Shown here: piece after piece, positions 26,154 through 35,149 of the stretch
Position numbering within the stretch: position 1 is the stretch's first letter
Layout: each line of letters starts with the position of its first letter
NCBI GenBank assembly: GCA_963627065.1
Contig: CAVGAA010000003.1
Span: 52,361 to 116,360 of the forward strand
Source of the DNA: a bacterium
Lineage (GTDB): Bacteria; Bacillota; Clostridia; Oscillospirales; CAG-272
Direction of reading: 5' to 3'
DNA length: 64,000 bases
The notes under the pieces: generated by a model
Database searches by the model: none
What the model was told of the DNA's origin: nothing
Seen by the model: only the letters and a program-made list of their open reading frames with translations
Program-made: the position numbers and the translations under genes

Positions 26154-27033
26154 ATGGTATTTTTGCTTCTTGCGGTGTTTGCGGGCTCTGTAAAAGGCTT
26201 TTGCGGAAAGAAAATCAGCGGGTATGCCGAAAGCGTTTCCGCCTGTGTGCAGATGAATCTGTGGCGGATGGTACTGTGCTGTATCATAGGGGTGATACTG
26301 TCGCTTGCAACCGGTGCAACGTTGCGTCCGAGTTCGTGGACCGAAACGGCAATTTGGCTGTTGTCGGGCTTTTCCACGGCGATATTCATCATCAGTTGGA
26401 CTCTTGCCGTCCGAACCGATGCCTTTATGTTGGTCAGTGCGTGTACAACCGCCGCATTTCTGATTCCGCTTCTGTTCGGCTTTTTTTCTGTTTCACGAAT
26501 CACTCGGTGTAAAGCAGATCATCGGAATGCTGTTTATCGTTGTGGCGATTCTTCTGCTTGTCCGGTATAACAACTCCATCAAAGCCAAACTCGGCATTCG
26601 ACAATTGCTCCTGCTCCTGCTCGTGTTTGCTTCGCAGGGCTTTGCCAGCGTGTCGCAAAAACTCTTTACATTTTACGTTCCGAACGGCAACAATTCGGTG
26701 TTCAATTTCTACACTTTTCTGTTTGCACTGGTCGGTCTGCTCCTATGGCAGGGGGGACACCTGATACGCAATCCGCACGATCGGCAAAAAATCCCCTTCG
26801 GGAAGGTTGCGGGCTTCATCGTTATCATGGCGGTGATGCTGTTTGCAAACTCTTATTTCCTGACCGCCGCAACCGAAACAGTCCCTGCGGTGATTCTGTA
26901 CCCGCTCAACAGCGTACTCTCGCTTGCTCTGAGCGTGCTGATGGCAATCGTATTTTTCAAGGAACACATGACAAGGTACAGCGTGGCAGGTCTGCTTTGT
27001 ACCCTAATTTCCCTGCTCCTGACGAATCTGTAA
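26154..27033 (+). pseudogene. EamA/DMT-type 10-TM transporter interrupted by a +1 frameshift in a T7 run
   Basis: Two overlapping ORFs (26154..26570 and 26527..27033) are both all-TM. Reading the second frame upstream of its Met gives ...FFLFHESLGVKQIIGMLFIVVAILLLV, which continues from LIPLLFGFF of the first frame across TTTTTTT (26481-26487). The joined product is about 293 aa, the usual DMT length. Confidence 0.7.
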
Positions 27034-27208
27034 GAAAGAAAAAGAGTACCCCTCCGAGAATTGGGAAAAGGTCACACTTCCGCACGATTATCTCGCAGGC
27101 GACGGCAAATCGGAAATAACGGCTTGCAAGGAGGGGGAAGACAAGACCTTGGGACTCTGTCCCAAACCCTTAATCCCTCATTATTGAACAGCGTTTGTAT
27201 TACAATTA

Positions 27209-27249
27209 CCCCTGAAGTGTCATAAATTGTGACATTCGGGGGCTTTTTG
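27209..27249 (+). terminator. Rho-independent terminator
   Basis: CCCCTGAAGTGTCA-TAAAT-TGTGACATTCGGGG (two bulges), followed by GCTTTTT. Confidence 0.7.
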
Positions 27250-27253
27250 ACAG

Positions 27254-27282
27254 TTGCAAGGTTGCGGAATTTTCTGTATAAT
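27254..27282 (+). promoter_or_regulatory. Sigma-A promoter (TTGCAA-17-TATAAT)
   Basis: TTGCAA at 27254-27259 and TATAAT at 27277-27282. Confidence 0.65.
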
Positions 27283-27313
27283 ATTTGCATATTATTCCAA
27301 CGGAGGGCTATTT

Positions 27314-27886
27314 ATGCATTCCACAATACCGATGCGGGTAGCAAAATTCGGTCACATCGTTCTGTCGGTCGCCATAGTTGTACTGGCAAGTCTTATTTTT
27401 GCCAATGTCGAACTGGAATATCTTGTATGGAAATCGGTCTGCGGTGCGATTCTGGTACTTCTGGGGGCTGTAAAGATTGTCGGCTACGCATCCAAAGATT
27501 TATACCGTCTGGCGTTCCAATACGATCTGGTATTCGGTTGCATTCTGGTCGGTGTCGGCGTGGTCTTTCTGACAAGACCGCAAATGACGGTTGAAATTGC
27601 CGGAACGATTTTGGGGCTTGTCGTTTTCAGCGACGGTGTGATCAAAATTCAGGTTGCACGCCACGCCAAAAAATTCGGCATTACGCTCTGGTGGATGATT
27701 ATGGTCTTTGCCGGCTTGGCATCGGTCGGCGGTCTGATGGTCGCCATTTACCCGTGGGAAAATCTCACGCAGGTTTTGACGAAATATCTCGGAGTCATGT
27801 TCTTTATCGAGGGCATTATGAGTGCCTGTACGGTCTTGACGTCCGTCCGTGTCGTAAAGTACGAGGACAATACTACATTTCATTGA
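27314..27886 (+). CDS. DUF308/HdeD-like small multi-pass membrane protein
   Basis: About 190 aa with 6 predicted TM segments showing repeated G-x-rich helices (ILVLLGAVKIVGY, GCILVGVGVVFL, ILGLVVFSDGVIKI). A GGAGGG RBS precedes the ATG at 27314. The family call is tentative. Confidence 0.5.
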   Translation: MHSTIPMRVAKFGHIVLSVAIVVLASLIFANVELEYLVWKSVCGAILVLLGAVKIVGYASKDLYRLAFQYDLVFGCILVGVGVVFLTRPQMTVEIAGTILGLVVFSDGVIKIQVARHAKKFGITLWWMIMVFAGLASVGGLMVAIYPWENLTQVLTKYLGVMFFIEGIMSACTVLTSVRVVKYEDNTTFH

Positions 27887-27962
27887 GGTCATAACAACAT
27901 TATTTGTTGTGATAATATAAATAAGGTTTACAAAAACAAATTATTAAAGTGAGGACAAAACA

Positions 27963-28208
27963 ATGAACGCAAACGAAGTAAAAGCAAAAATCAAGGAAAT
28001 GCTCTGTGACAGACTGGGAATCGATGAGAGTGCACTCGAATACGACACGCCTCTTTTCAATGACGGAATCGGACTCGATTCGATCGACTCTCTCGAAATT
28101 ATCTCCGCTATCGATGAAGAATACGGCGTTCCGATGACCGGTGTCGGCAAGGAACATTTTCAGAACATCGATGCACTTGCCGCTTATGTTGTGGCTCATG
28201 CGGAATAA
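27963..28208 (+). CDS. Acyl carrier protein (secondary-metabolism-like sequence type)
   Basis: 81 aa. DGIGLDSIDSLEIISAIDEEYGV carries the canonical DS(L/I)D phosphopantetheine site. It is the first gene of the operon. Confidence 0.85.
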   Translation: MNANEVKAKIKEMLCDRLGIDESALEYDTPLFNDGIGLDSIDSLEIISAIDEEYGVPMTGVGKEHFQNIDALAAYVVAHAE

Positions 28209-28220
28209 TCGGTGCATTGC

Positions 28221-30587
28221 ATGAAGAATGAAAACAGATGCGTCATTACGGGACTGGGTGTTATCAGTGCTGTAGGACATAACGTAGAGGAATGCTGGAC
28301 GAACGTCACGAAATCGGTCAGCGGAATCGACCACACGCATTCGCTCGACACCGAGAACTGCTATGCGGATTTTGCCGCCGAAGTGAAAGATTTTCACGAA
28401 CCCGAAACGCTCGACAGAGCGACCGCTCTGTGCCTCTCGGCAACGAATGAAGCGGTGAAAGACGCAGGCTTTTCCGATTTCTCTGGAAATCCCCGTGTCA
28501 GTGTCATTATGGGCAGTTGCGTGGGCGGAGGCAGAAGCCTTGAATCCTATTACCGTGGCGGTAAGAAACCGGAAGACGTCCTGAAAATGCCGATCTCTCC
28601 GATTGCAAACCACGTGGCGGAATCGGTTCACGCAGGCGGTGTCGTGACGAATGTTGCAAATGCTTGTGCGGCAGGCACAATCAGCATCGCTTATGCATCG
28701 GATCTTATCCGTGCGGGCAAAGCGGACGTTGTCATCGCAGGCGGTGCGGATGCCTTTTCTTCCGTGCCTTATTCGGGATTCCTCTCGCTCCACGCACTGG
28801 ACGAGAATTCCTGCTCGCCCTTCAACCGTTCGCACGGCATTACGCTCGGCGAGGGTGCAGGTGCGGTGATTGTCGAATCCTACGAACACGCAAAAGCAAG
28901 AAACGCCCATATTTACTGCGAAGTTCTGGGTGCGGGCATCAGCAGTGATGCTCACCATATTACAGCCCCCCGTCCGGACGGCGAAGGGCAGATGAACGCA
29001 ATCCGTTCGGCAATCGCTCATTCGGGCTTGACCGAAAAAGACGTCGATTACGTCAACGCACACGGCACGGGTACGGCAAAGAACGACGAAGCCGAATTCC
29101 TCTCGCTCCACACCATTTTCGACGGCAAAAACGACAATCTCTCGGTCAGTTCCACAAAAGCTATGACGGGACACTGCTTGGGTGCGGCAGGTGCAATCGA
29201 GGCGGTTTTCGCAATCAAAGCATTGGTCGAAAACACCGTTCCCGCAACGCTCGGTTATACCGATGAAGACCTGAAAGTCTTGTCGGAAAAAGCGGGAAAA
29301 CTCGATTTCGTACCGAATCACGCCGAAGAAAAACAACTCGGTGCGGTGATGAACAACTCTTTCGCATTCGGCGGAAACAACGCAAGTATTATTTTCAGCA
29401 AAGAGAAAGGTGCAACGCCGGATGCTCCCGAAAAGCCCGAAATCGTGGTCACGGGACTCGGTATGGTGACACCTCTCGGAAACGGCAAGCAGGCTTATAT
29501 CGACGCTTGCAAAAACGGCTCGGAATGCGGAGCATCGGGTGCATCGGTTATCGGAATTCCCGATTATGACGCACAGGGGTTGAAGATGAATTTCTACCGT
29601 AAACTCGACCACCTCAGCCAGTTGCAGGCAGTGTCCGGAATGGATGCCCTGCACGATGCGAAATACGAAGTCACCGATGAAAACGCAACGAAAATCGGTA
29701 TGATTATCGGTACGTCCGAGGGTGCATTAGGTCCGAGTTGCGAATTCCAGAGCATCATCGCCGAAAAGGGCAACGCAGGCGGTTCGGCATTCAAATTCCC
29801 GAATACCGTCTACAATGCGGCAGGCGGTTATCTCTCAATCTGCTCCGGCATCAAGGGATATAACGTCACCGTGACGAACGGTGCACAGTCCGGTTTGCAG
29901 TCGGTCGCTTATGCTATGCAGGTCATTCGCAACGGCTGGGAAGATGCCATGATTGCGACCGGTACGGACGAAAACAGTGACATTATTTCGGAACTTTACG
30001 GCAAACTCGGTTACGTGTCGGACGAAAAAGTCAGACCGTACGAAAATAAAGAAGTCTTCTCGCTCTCAGACGGATCGATTTCCGTTCTGCTTGAAACGGC
30101 GAAGACCGCAAAAGCAAGAGGAGCGGAGGCTCTTTGCCGTGTGACCGGTTACGGTATGGCTCATGCATCCGTGCCGTTCGGAAAAATCACGGGTTCGGAA
30201 AAAGGTTTGACCGATGCCGTTGAATCGGCTCTCGCAGATGCAAATCTCATGCCCTCCGATATTGATGCGGTTGTCGGCTTCGCAAACGGACACAAAGCAC
30301 TCGACAACATCGAAATTGCAGGTCTGTCGCAAGTATTCGACCTCGCGGAAGTACCGGTTGTCAGTGTCAAGGAACGTGCAGGCGAGGGCAGATCGGCATC
30401 CGCAACGTTGGGACTCTCCCACGGGGCGTTGATGCTCCACGGCGACATTACCGAAGAAACCGATGCTTATGTCAAATCGGCAAACGGTATGCAAAAAATC
30501 ACGGTGAAGTCCGAAAATCTCGCTAAAATTCTGGTTGTTTCCTATGCGGTCGGCGGTTCGTATACCGCTGTCGTACTCGAAAAATAA
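28221..30587 (+). CDS. Fused beta-ketoacyl-ACP synthase: an active KS domain plus a Cys-less KS-like (chain-length-factor-like) domain
   Basis: The N-terminal half has NVANACAAGT (Cys codon at 28665-28667), SDAHHITAP, VNAHGTGT and STKAMTGHCLGAAG. The C-terminal half (from about 29424) is KS-fold-like (VVTGLGMVTPLG...IIGTSEGALG...) but reads VTNGAQSGLQSVAYA at the Cys position. Confidence 0.85.
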   Translation: MKNENRCVITGLGVISAVGHNVEECWTNVTKSVSGIDHTHSLDTENCYADFAAEVKDFHEPETLDRATALCLSATNEAVKDAGFSDFSGNPRVSVIMGSCVGGGRSLESYYRGGKKPEDVLKMPISPIANHVAESVHAGGVVTNVANACAAGTISIAYASDLIRAGKADVVIAGGADAFSSVPYSGFLSLHALDENSCSPFNRSHGITLGEGAGAVIVESYEHAKARNAHIYCEVLGAGISSDAHHITAPRPDGEGQMNAIRSAIAHSGLTEKDVDYVNAHGTGTAKNDEAEFLSLHTIFDGKNDNLSVSSTKAMTGHCLGAAGAIEAVFAIKALVENTVPATLGYTDEDLKVLSEKAGKLDFVPNHAEEKQLGAVMNNSFAFGGNNASIIFSKEKGATPDAPEKPEIVVTGLGMVTPLGNGKQAYIDACKNGSECGASGASVIGIPDYDAQGLKMNFYRKLDHLSQLQAVSGMDALHDAKYEVTDENATKIGMIIGTSEGALGPSCEFQSIIAEKGNAGGSAFKFPNTVYNAAGGYLSICSGIKGYNVTVTNGAQSGLQSVAYAMQVIRNGWEDAMIATGTDENSDIISELYGKLGYVSDEKVRPYENKEVFSLSDGSISVLLETAKTAKARGAEALCRVTGYGMAHASVPFGKITGSEKGLTDAVESALADANLMPSDIDAVVGFANGHKALDNIEIAGLSQVFDLAEVPVVSVKERAGEGRSASATLGLSHGALMLHGDITEETDAYVKSANGMQKITVKSENLAKILVVSYAVGGSYTAVVLEK

Positions 30588-30598
30588 CGGAGGAAATT

Positions 30599-31330
30599 AT
30601 GAAAGTTGCAATCGTTACCGGTGCGTCGAGGGGAATTGGCAGAGCGTGTGCCGTTCGTTTGGCACAGGACGGTTTTACGGTCGTTGTGAACTATGCCCAC
30701 AGCGATGCCGAAGCACAAAAAGTGCTGGATATCATCAAGGAAAACGGCGGGGACGGCATGATTTACAAAGCAGACGTTTCCAATGTGGACGAAGTGCGTG
30801 TGATGATGCGTGACGTGTCGAAAGCCTACGGCGGTATCGACGTCCTCGTCAACAATGCAGGCATCGTAAAAGACGAATATCTGTTGATGCTCACGCCCGA
30901 AACGCTCGATAAATGTATGAACCTCAACGTCAAAGGCTATCTCTACTGTGCTCAGCAGGCAGTCCTGAAAATGTATCGCAAAAAGAGCGGTGTCATCATC
31001 AATATGTCTTCGGTCAGCGGTATTCTGGCTCTCCCCGGGCAGAGCGTTTACAGTGCGACAAAAGGTGCGGTCAACTCGATGACGCAGACTATGGCGAAAG
31101 AGTTAGCCCCGTACGGCATCCGTGTCAATGCGGTTGCACCCGGGTTTATCGAAACCGAAATGCTCGATGCACTGCCCGAAGAAAAGAAGAAGGAATATCT
31201 CGATACCATTCCCATGCATAGACTGGGACGGGTTGAGGACGTTGCAGGCATCGTTTCGATGTTGGCATCCGACACCTGTGCCTATATGACGGGACAAATT
31301 CTTACGGTTGACGGAGGCATTTCGTTATGA
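30599..31330 (+). CDS. fabG: 3-oxoacyl-ACP reductase (SDR)
   Basis: MKVAIVTGASRGIGRA (TGxxxGIG) and SVYSATKGAV (YxxxK). 243 aa. Confidence 0.88.
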   Translation: MKVAIVTGASRGIGRACAVRLAQDGFTVVVNYAHSDAEAQKVLDIIKENGGDGMIYKADVSNVDEVRVMMRDVSKAYGGIDVLVNNAGIVKDEYLLMLTPETLDKCMNLNVKGYLYCAQQAVLKMYRKKSGVIINMSSVSGILALPGQSVYSATKGAVNSMTQTMAKELAPYGIRVNAVAPGFIETEMLDALPEEKKKEYLDTIPMHRLGRVEDVAGIVSMLASDTCAYMTGQILTVDGGISL

Positions 31331-31800
31331 TGAACGTTTACGGTGTGCAGAAGAATCTTCGTCAACGTCCGCCGTTCCAGATGATTGAAAAAGTTTTGGA
31401 ACTTACGGCAGGGGAGTCGGCAGTCGGAACGAAAACGGTATCGATCAACGATCCGTGGTTTGCAGGACATTTCCCGGGGACTCCCATTCTCCCTGGTGTT
31501 ATCATTGCCGAAACCTGTGCCCAACTCTGCTCGCTTACGGTTGAGAGCGTCGGCGGTGAGGAGGATGAAAGCAAGTTATACGTCCTCTTGAAAATCGACC
31601 AATTCAAATTTCTCAAACCGGTTCTCCCGGGCGATGTGATGACGGTCAAAGTCACGAAGAAAAGTGCAGGCGGACCGCTCATTTCCTTTGATGCGGTCGT
31701 GACGGTCGACGGTGAAACAAGAGCAAAAGGCTCACTGGCTTTCACGGCGATTGACAAATCGGCACTTGAGGGCAGTGACGGAAACGGAGAAAACAAATGA
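31327..31800 (+). CDS. fabZ: 3-hydroxyacyl-ACP dehydratase FabZ
   Basis: INDPWFAGHFPGTPILPGVIIAETCAQL is the hot-dog fold catalytic His motif. There is an ATGA overlap with fabG. Confidence 0.88.
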   Translation: MMNVYGVQKNLRQRPPFQMIEKVLELTAGESAVGTKTVSINDPWFAGHFPGTPILPGVIIAETCAQLCSLTVESVGGEEDESKLYVLLKIDQFKFLKPVLPGDVMTVKVTKKSAGGPLISFDAVVTVDGETRAKGSLAFTAIDKSALEGSDGNGENK

Positions 31801-32720
31801 AAATTGCATTTTTGTTTGCAGGGCAGGGGGCTCAATCGGTCGGAATGGGACTTGATATGGCAGAGCATCTGCCGATGGCAAAGTCCATCTTCGATATGGG
31901 CGAAAATATGCACGGCGGTATCACGGAACTCTGCTTTCACGGCGACAACGAAGAACTGAAAAAGACCGAAAATACGCAACCGTGTCTGTACTTGACCGAC
32001 CTTGCCATTGCAAAATCTTTGCGTGACGCAGGCGTTGAACCGTCGGCAGTCGCAGGCTTTTCGCTCGGTGAAATTCCGGCTCTGGCTTTCGCCGGTGTCT
32101 TCTCGGACGAGGACGGATTTTCCTTTGTCACCGTGCGTGGAAACGCTATGGGCGAGGCATCCGCAAAGCATCGGGGTGCAATGGCGGCGGCTCTCAAACT
32201 TCCGCCCGAAAAGGTCGAGGAGATCTGCTCCGGATTCCGTGAAATCTGGCCGGTCAACTATAACTGCCCCGGGCAGGTGTCCTGTGCCGGCAGTACCGAA
32301 GAAATCGATGCGTTCTGTGATGCCGTCAAGACGGCAGGAGGGCGGGCGGTCAAACTGCCCGTGAGCGGTGCGTTCCATACGCCTTATATGAAAGACGTCG
32401 CACCCGTCCTGCGTGAAAAACTGGAAGATATGGCACTCCACGCACCGAAAACGCCGATTTATGCCAACCGGACGGCAGAGCTGTACCCATCCGACCGTGA
32501 AGGAATCACCGCATTGCTCTCCGAGCAGGTTATGAACCCCGTGCGTTGGGAAAAGACGCTCCGTGCCATGTGGGAGGACGGTATCGACACCTATGTCGAG
32601 GTCGGTGCGGGAGCAACCTTAACCGGTTTCGTCAAACGGACACTGCCCGAGGCAAAAGCCCTGACGGTGAACGATTTTGCATCTTACGAAGCGGTCGTAA
32701 AAGAACTTTTAGGAGAATAA
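31797..32720 (+). CDS. fabD: Malonyl-CoA:ACP transacylase
   Basis: MKIAFLFAGQGAQSVGMG and the active-site motif AGFSLGE. There is an ATGA overlap with fabZ. Confidence 0.9.
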   Translation: MKIAFLFAGQGAQSVGMGLDMAEHLPMAKSIFDMGENMHGGITELCFHGDNEELKKTENTQPCLYLTDLAIAKSLRDAGVEPSAVAGFSLGEIPALAFAGVFSDEDGFSFVTVRGNAMGEASAKHRGAMAAALKLPPEKVEEICSGFREIWPVNYNCPGQVSCAGSTEEIDAFCDAVKTAGGRAVKLPVSGAFHTPYMKDVAPVLREKLEDMALHAPKTPIYANRTAELYPSDREGITALLSEQVMNPVRWEKTLRAMWEDGIDTYVEVGAGATLTGFVKRTLPEAKALTVNDFASYEAVVKELLGE

Positions 32721-32723
32721 CAA

Positions 32724-33527
32724 ATGGCTGATGTGAGCGAACAAAATACGCAGAGGCTGTCGGTAAAGACCTGCCCGAAGTGCAAGGGTTCATTTACCGA
32801 GGAAGAACTCGACACGTCGATGTGGGTATGCCCCTCGTGCGGTGCTTACGTGCCGATTCCGGCAAGGGCAAGAGTAAACCTTTTGTCCGACACGAACGCA
32901 TTTACCGAACTTTTCGGGACGGAAGTCTTTACCGATCCACTGGGCTTTCCGGAATATCGGGAAAAATATGCATCGGCGAAGTCCAAAAGCCATGAAAATG
33001 AGGGTGTCCTCTGCGGTGTGACAAAAATCGAAGGTGAGAAAACCGCAATTTTCGTGATGAATCCGGAATTTATGATGGGCTCTATGGGAACGGTTGTCGG
33101 CGATAAAATCACGGCACTTTTCGAATATGCAATCAAAAGCCGTCTGCCCGTTATCGGATTTACCGTGTCGGGCGGTGCGAGAATGCAGGAAGGAATACTC
33201 TCACTCATGCAAATGGCAAAAGTATCGGGTGCGGTGAAACGCCACAGCGATGCGGGTTTGCTTTATATCGTCGGTCTGACCGATCCGACCTTCGGCGGTG
33301 TAACGGCGTCATTTGCTATGCTCGGCGACATCATTTTCTCCGAACCGAAAGCCCGAATCGGCTTTGCGGGCAGACGTGTCGTGGAGCAGGTTACGGGCGA
33401 AAAACTGCCCGAAGAATTCCAGACGGCGGAATTCCAGCTTCGCAACGGTTTTCTCGATGCAATCGTCGAGCGTGGCGAGATGAGACAGTATCTGGGACGG
33501 CTTTTGTCGCTCCATGAAAGGGTGTGA
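32724..33527 (+). CDS. accD: Acetyl-CoA carboxylase carboxyltransferase beta subunit
   Basis: N-terminal zinc ribbon CPKCKGS...CPSCGAY, then MGSMGTVVG and [12 protein letters not shown]. Confidence 0.88.
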   Translation: MADVSEQNTQRLSVKTCPKCKGSFTEEELDTSMWVCPSCGAYVPIPARARVNLLSDTNAFTELFGTEVFTDPLGFPEYREKYASAKSKSHENEGVLCGVTKIEGEKTAIFVMNPEFMMGSMGTVVGDKITALFEYAIKSRLPVIGFTVSGGARMQEGILSLMQMAKVSGAVKRHSDAGLLYIVGLTDPTFGGVTASFAMLGDIIFSEPKARIGFAGRRVVEQVTGEKLPEEFQTAEFQLRNGFLDAIVERGEMRQYLGRLLSLHERV

Positions 33528-34396
33528 GTGCAATGGAAGAATTGACGGTTTATGACAGAATTTGCAGAACCCGCCGAAACGGACGTGCTACGGCACTCGA
33601 TTATATCACGTCACCCGAACTCTTTACCGATTTTGTGGAACTGCACGGCGACAGAACGTTTGCGGACGACAAAGCGGTGGTTGGCGGAATTGCAAGACTG
33701 CACGGTATGCCCGTGACGGTCATCGGAATCGAAAAAGGTCGCAATCTGCAGGAGCGTATGGAGCGGAATTTCGGTTGCGTACTCCCCGAGGGGTACAGAA
33801 AAGCCCTCCGACTCATCAAGCAGGCGGAAAAATTTCATCGTCCGGTGATTTGTTTTGTCGATACGCAGGGAGCAAACTGCGGGAAAGGTGCGGAAGAACG
33901 GGGAGCGGGTGAGGCGATTGCAAGAAACCTTTACGAACTCGCCAATGTCAAAACGCCCGTTATTTCGCTGATGATCGGCGAGGGCGGAAGCGGTGGAGCG
34001 TTGGCTCTGGCGGTCGCCGACCGTGTCTGGATGCTCGAAAATGCCTATTATTCGGTCATTTCCCCCGAATCCTGTGCCAGCATTCTGTTCAAAGATCCGG
34101 CAAGAGCCCCCGAGGCTGCGGAGCACCTCAAACTGACCGCAGACGATCTGCTTTCTGCCGAAATCATCGAAAAGAAAATAGCAGAACCCGAAGATTTTTC
34201 GGATGCGGAGCAGAAATCGAAGTTTATGGCGAAACTCGGTGACGATCTGGCGGAAGAATTCAAGCACCTCTTAAAACTCAACACCTATCGTCTTGTGACC
34301 GAACGCATTGAAAAATATCGCAAAATCGGGCGTTACGATGCCTATTCAAACGGACACCCGCTGTGGCAGAAATTCCATTTTCTTTTCTCACTGTAA
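33524..34396 (+). CDS. accA: Acetyl-CoA carboxylase carboxyltransferase alpha subunit
   Basis: [26 protein letters not shown] and [15 protein letters not shown]. The start is either the GTG at 33524 (4-nt overlap with accD) or the ATG at 33533. Confidence 0.88.
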   Translation: MSAMEELTVYDRICRTRRNGRATALDYITSPELFTDFVELHGDRTFADDKAVVGGIARLHGMPVTVIGIEKGRNLQERMERNFGCVLPEGYRKALRLIKQAEKFHRPVICFVDTQGANCGKGAEERGAGEAIARNLYELANVKTPVISLMIGEGGSGGALALAVADRVWMLENAYYSVISPESCASILFKDPARAPEAAEHLKLTADDLLSAEIIEKKIAEPEDFSDAEQKSKFMAKLGDDLAEEFKHLLKLNTYRLVTERIEKYRKIGRYDAYSNGHPLWQKFHFLFSL

Positions 34397-34405
34397 AATA
34401 ATAAT

Positions 34406-35149
34406 ATGAAAAAAGTATTGGTACTCAATGGCAGTCCGCACAAGGAAAAAAGCACGACCATGGTGGCGACAAATGCCTTTCTGCGTGGTATGCTCGACAG
34501 CGGACGGTATGAAGCGGAAACCGTACATATTACGGGGCTTACTATCCGCCCTTGCATGGGGTGCCTCTCTTGCTGGGGGCGGACCGAGGGCGAATGCGTG
34601 ATCAAAAACGACGACATTCCGGCTCTGAAAGAGAAAATTCTCGCAAGCGATATTCTCATTGCATCCTTCCCGCTTTACTATTTCGGCATCCCGGGGCAGT
34701 TCAAGGTCATGATGGACAGACTGCTCTCTATGGTTATGGCTTATCACGGGCAGAACACGCCGATCGGCAACGAACCGGCACATACGCCTCGTTACCCCAA
34801 AGACCGCAAATATATTCTCATTTCCGGTTGTGCTTACAACGAAACGAATGAGGTTTACGATCCGATTCTGCGTGAATTCGACCTGATTCTGGGACGTGGG
34901 AACTTTTTGCCGATTCTCTGTCCGCAATATAAAACCATGATCGACAACGGCGGCTCGAGAGTGGAACGTTCGGTCAAACGCTTTTATACGGCAGGGGAGG
35001 AGTACGCCGAAAATGAAACATTATCGGAGAAAACGGTAGCGGATCTGACAAAACCGCCCTTTTCGCCGACAGTCTATCGGACCATTCTCGAAAATGTTTG
35101 GAAACGGGAACGGGAAACCGGTGACGGTATCAAGGAGAGTAGCAGATGA
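34406..35149 (+). CDS. Iron-sulfur flavoprotein (Isf)-like NADPH-dependent FMN reductase family protein
   Basis: MKKVLVLNGSPHKEKSTT (flavodoxin-like start) and a compact Cys cluster, RPCMGCLSCWGRTEGEC (CX2CX2CX7C). It starts 9 nt after accA, and its stop overlaps the plsX ATG (ATGA). Confidence 0.7.
   Translation: MKKVLVLNGSPHKEKSTTMVATNAFLRGMLDSGRYEAETVHITGLTIRPCMGCLSCWGRTEGECVIKNDDIPALKEKILASDILIASFPLYYFGIPGQFKVMMDRLLSMVMAYHGQNTPIGNEPAHTPRYPKDRKYILISGCAYNETNEVYDPILREFDLILGRGNFLPILCPQYKTMIDNGGSRVERSVKRFYTAGEEYAENETLSEKTVADLTKPPFSPTVYRTILENVWKRERETGDGIKESSR

Noticed and set aside
27130-27195. Possible 12-codon mini-ORF (TTG GGA CTC TGT CCC AAA CCC TTA ATC CCT CAT TAT TGA) after an AAGGAGGGGG sequence.
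   Set aside because: It uses a non-ATG start about 14 nt from the SD-like run, it overlaps the predicted stem, and there is no supporting context. It is more likely an RNA structure.
32724-34396. accD/accA, considered as subunits of a Na+-pumping decarboxylase or a transcarboxylase rather than acetyl-CoA carboxylase.
   Set aside because: The beta subunit carries the AccD-specific N-terminal Cys4 zinc ribbon, and the pair is embedded among the fab and plsX genes. The absence of accBC from the window is noted but is not evidence against ACC.
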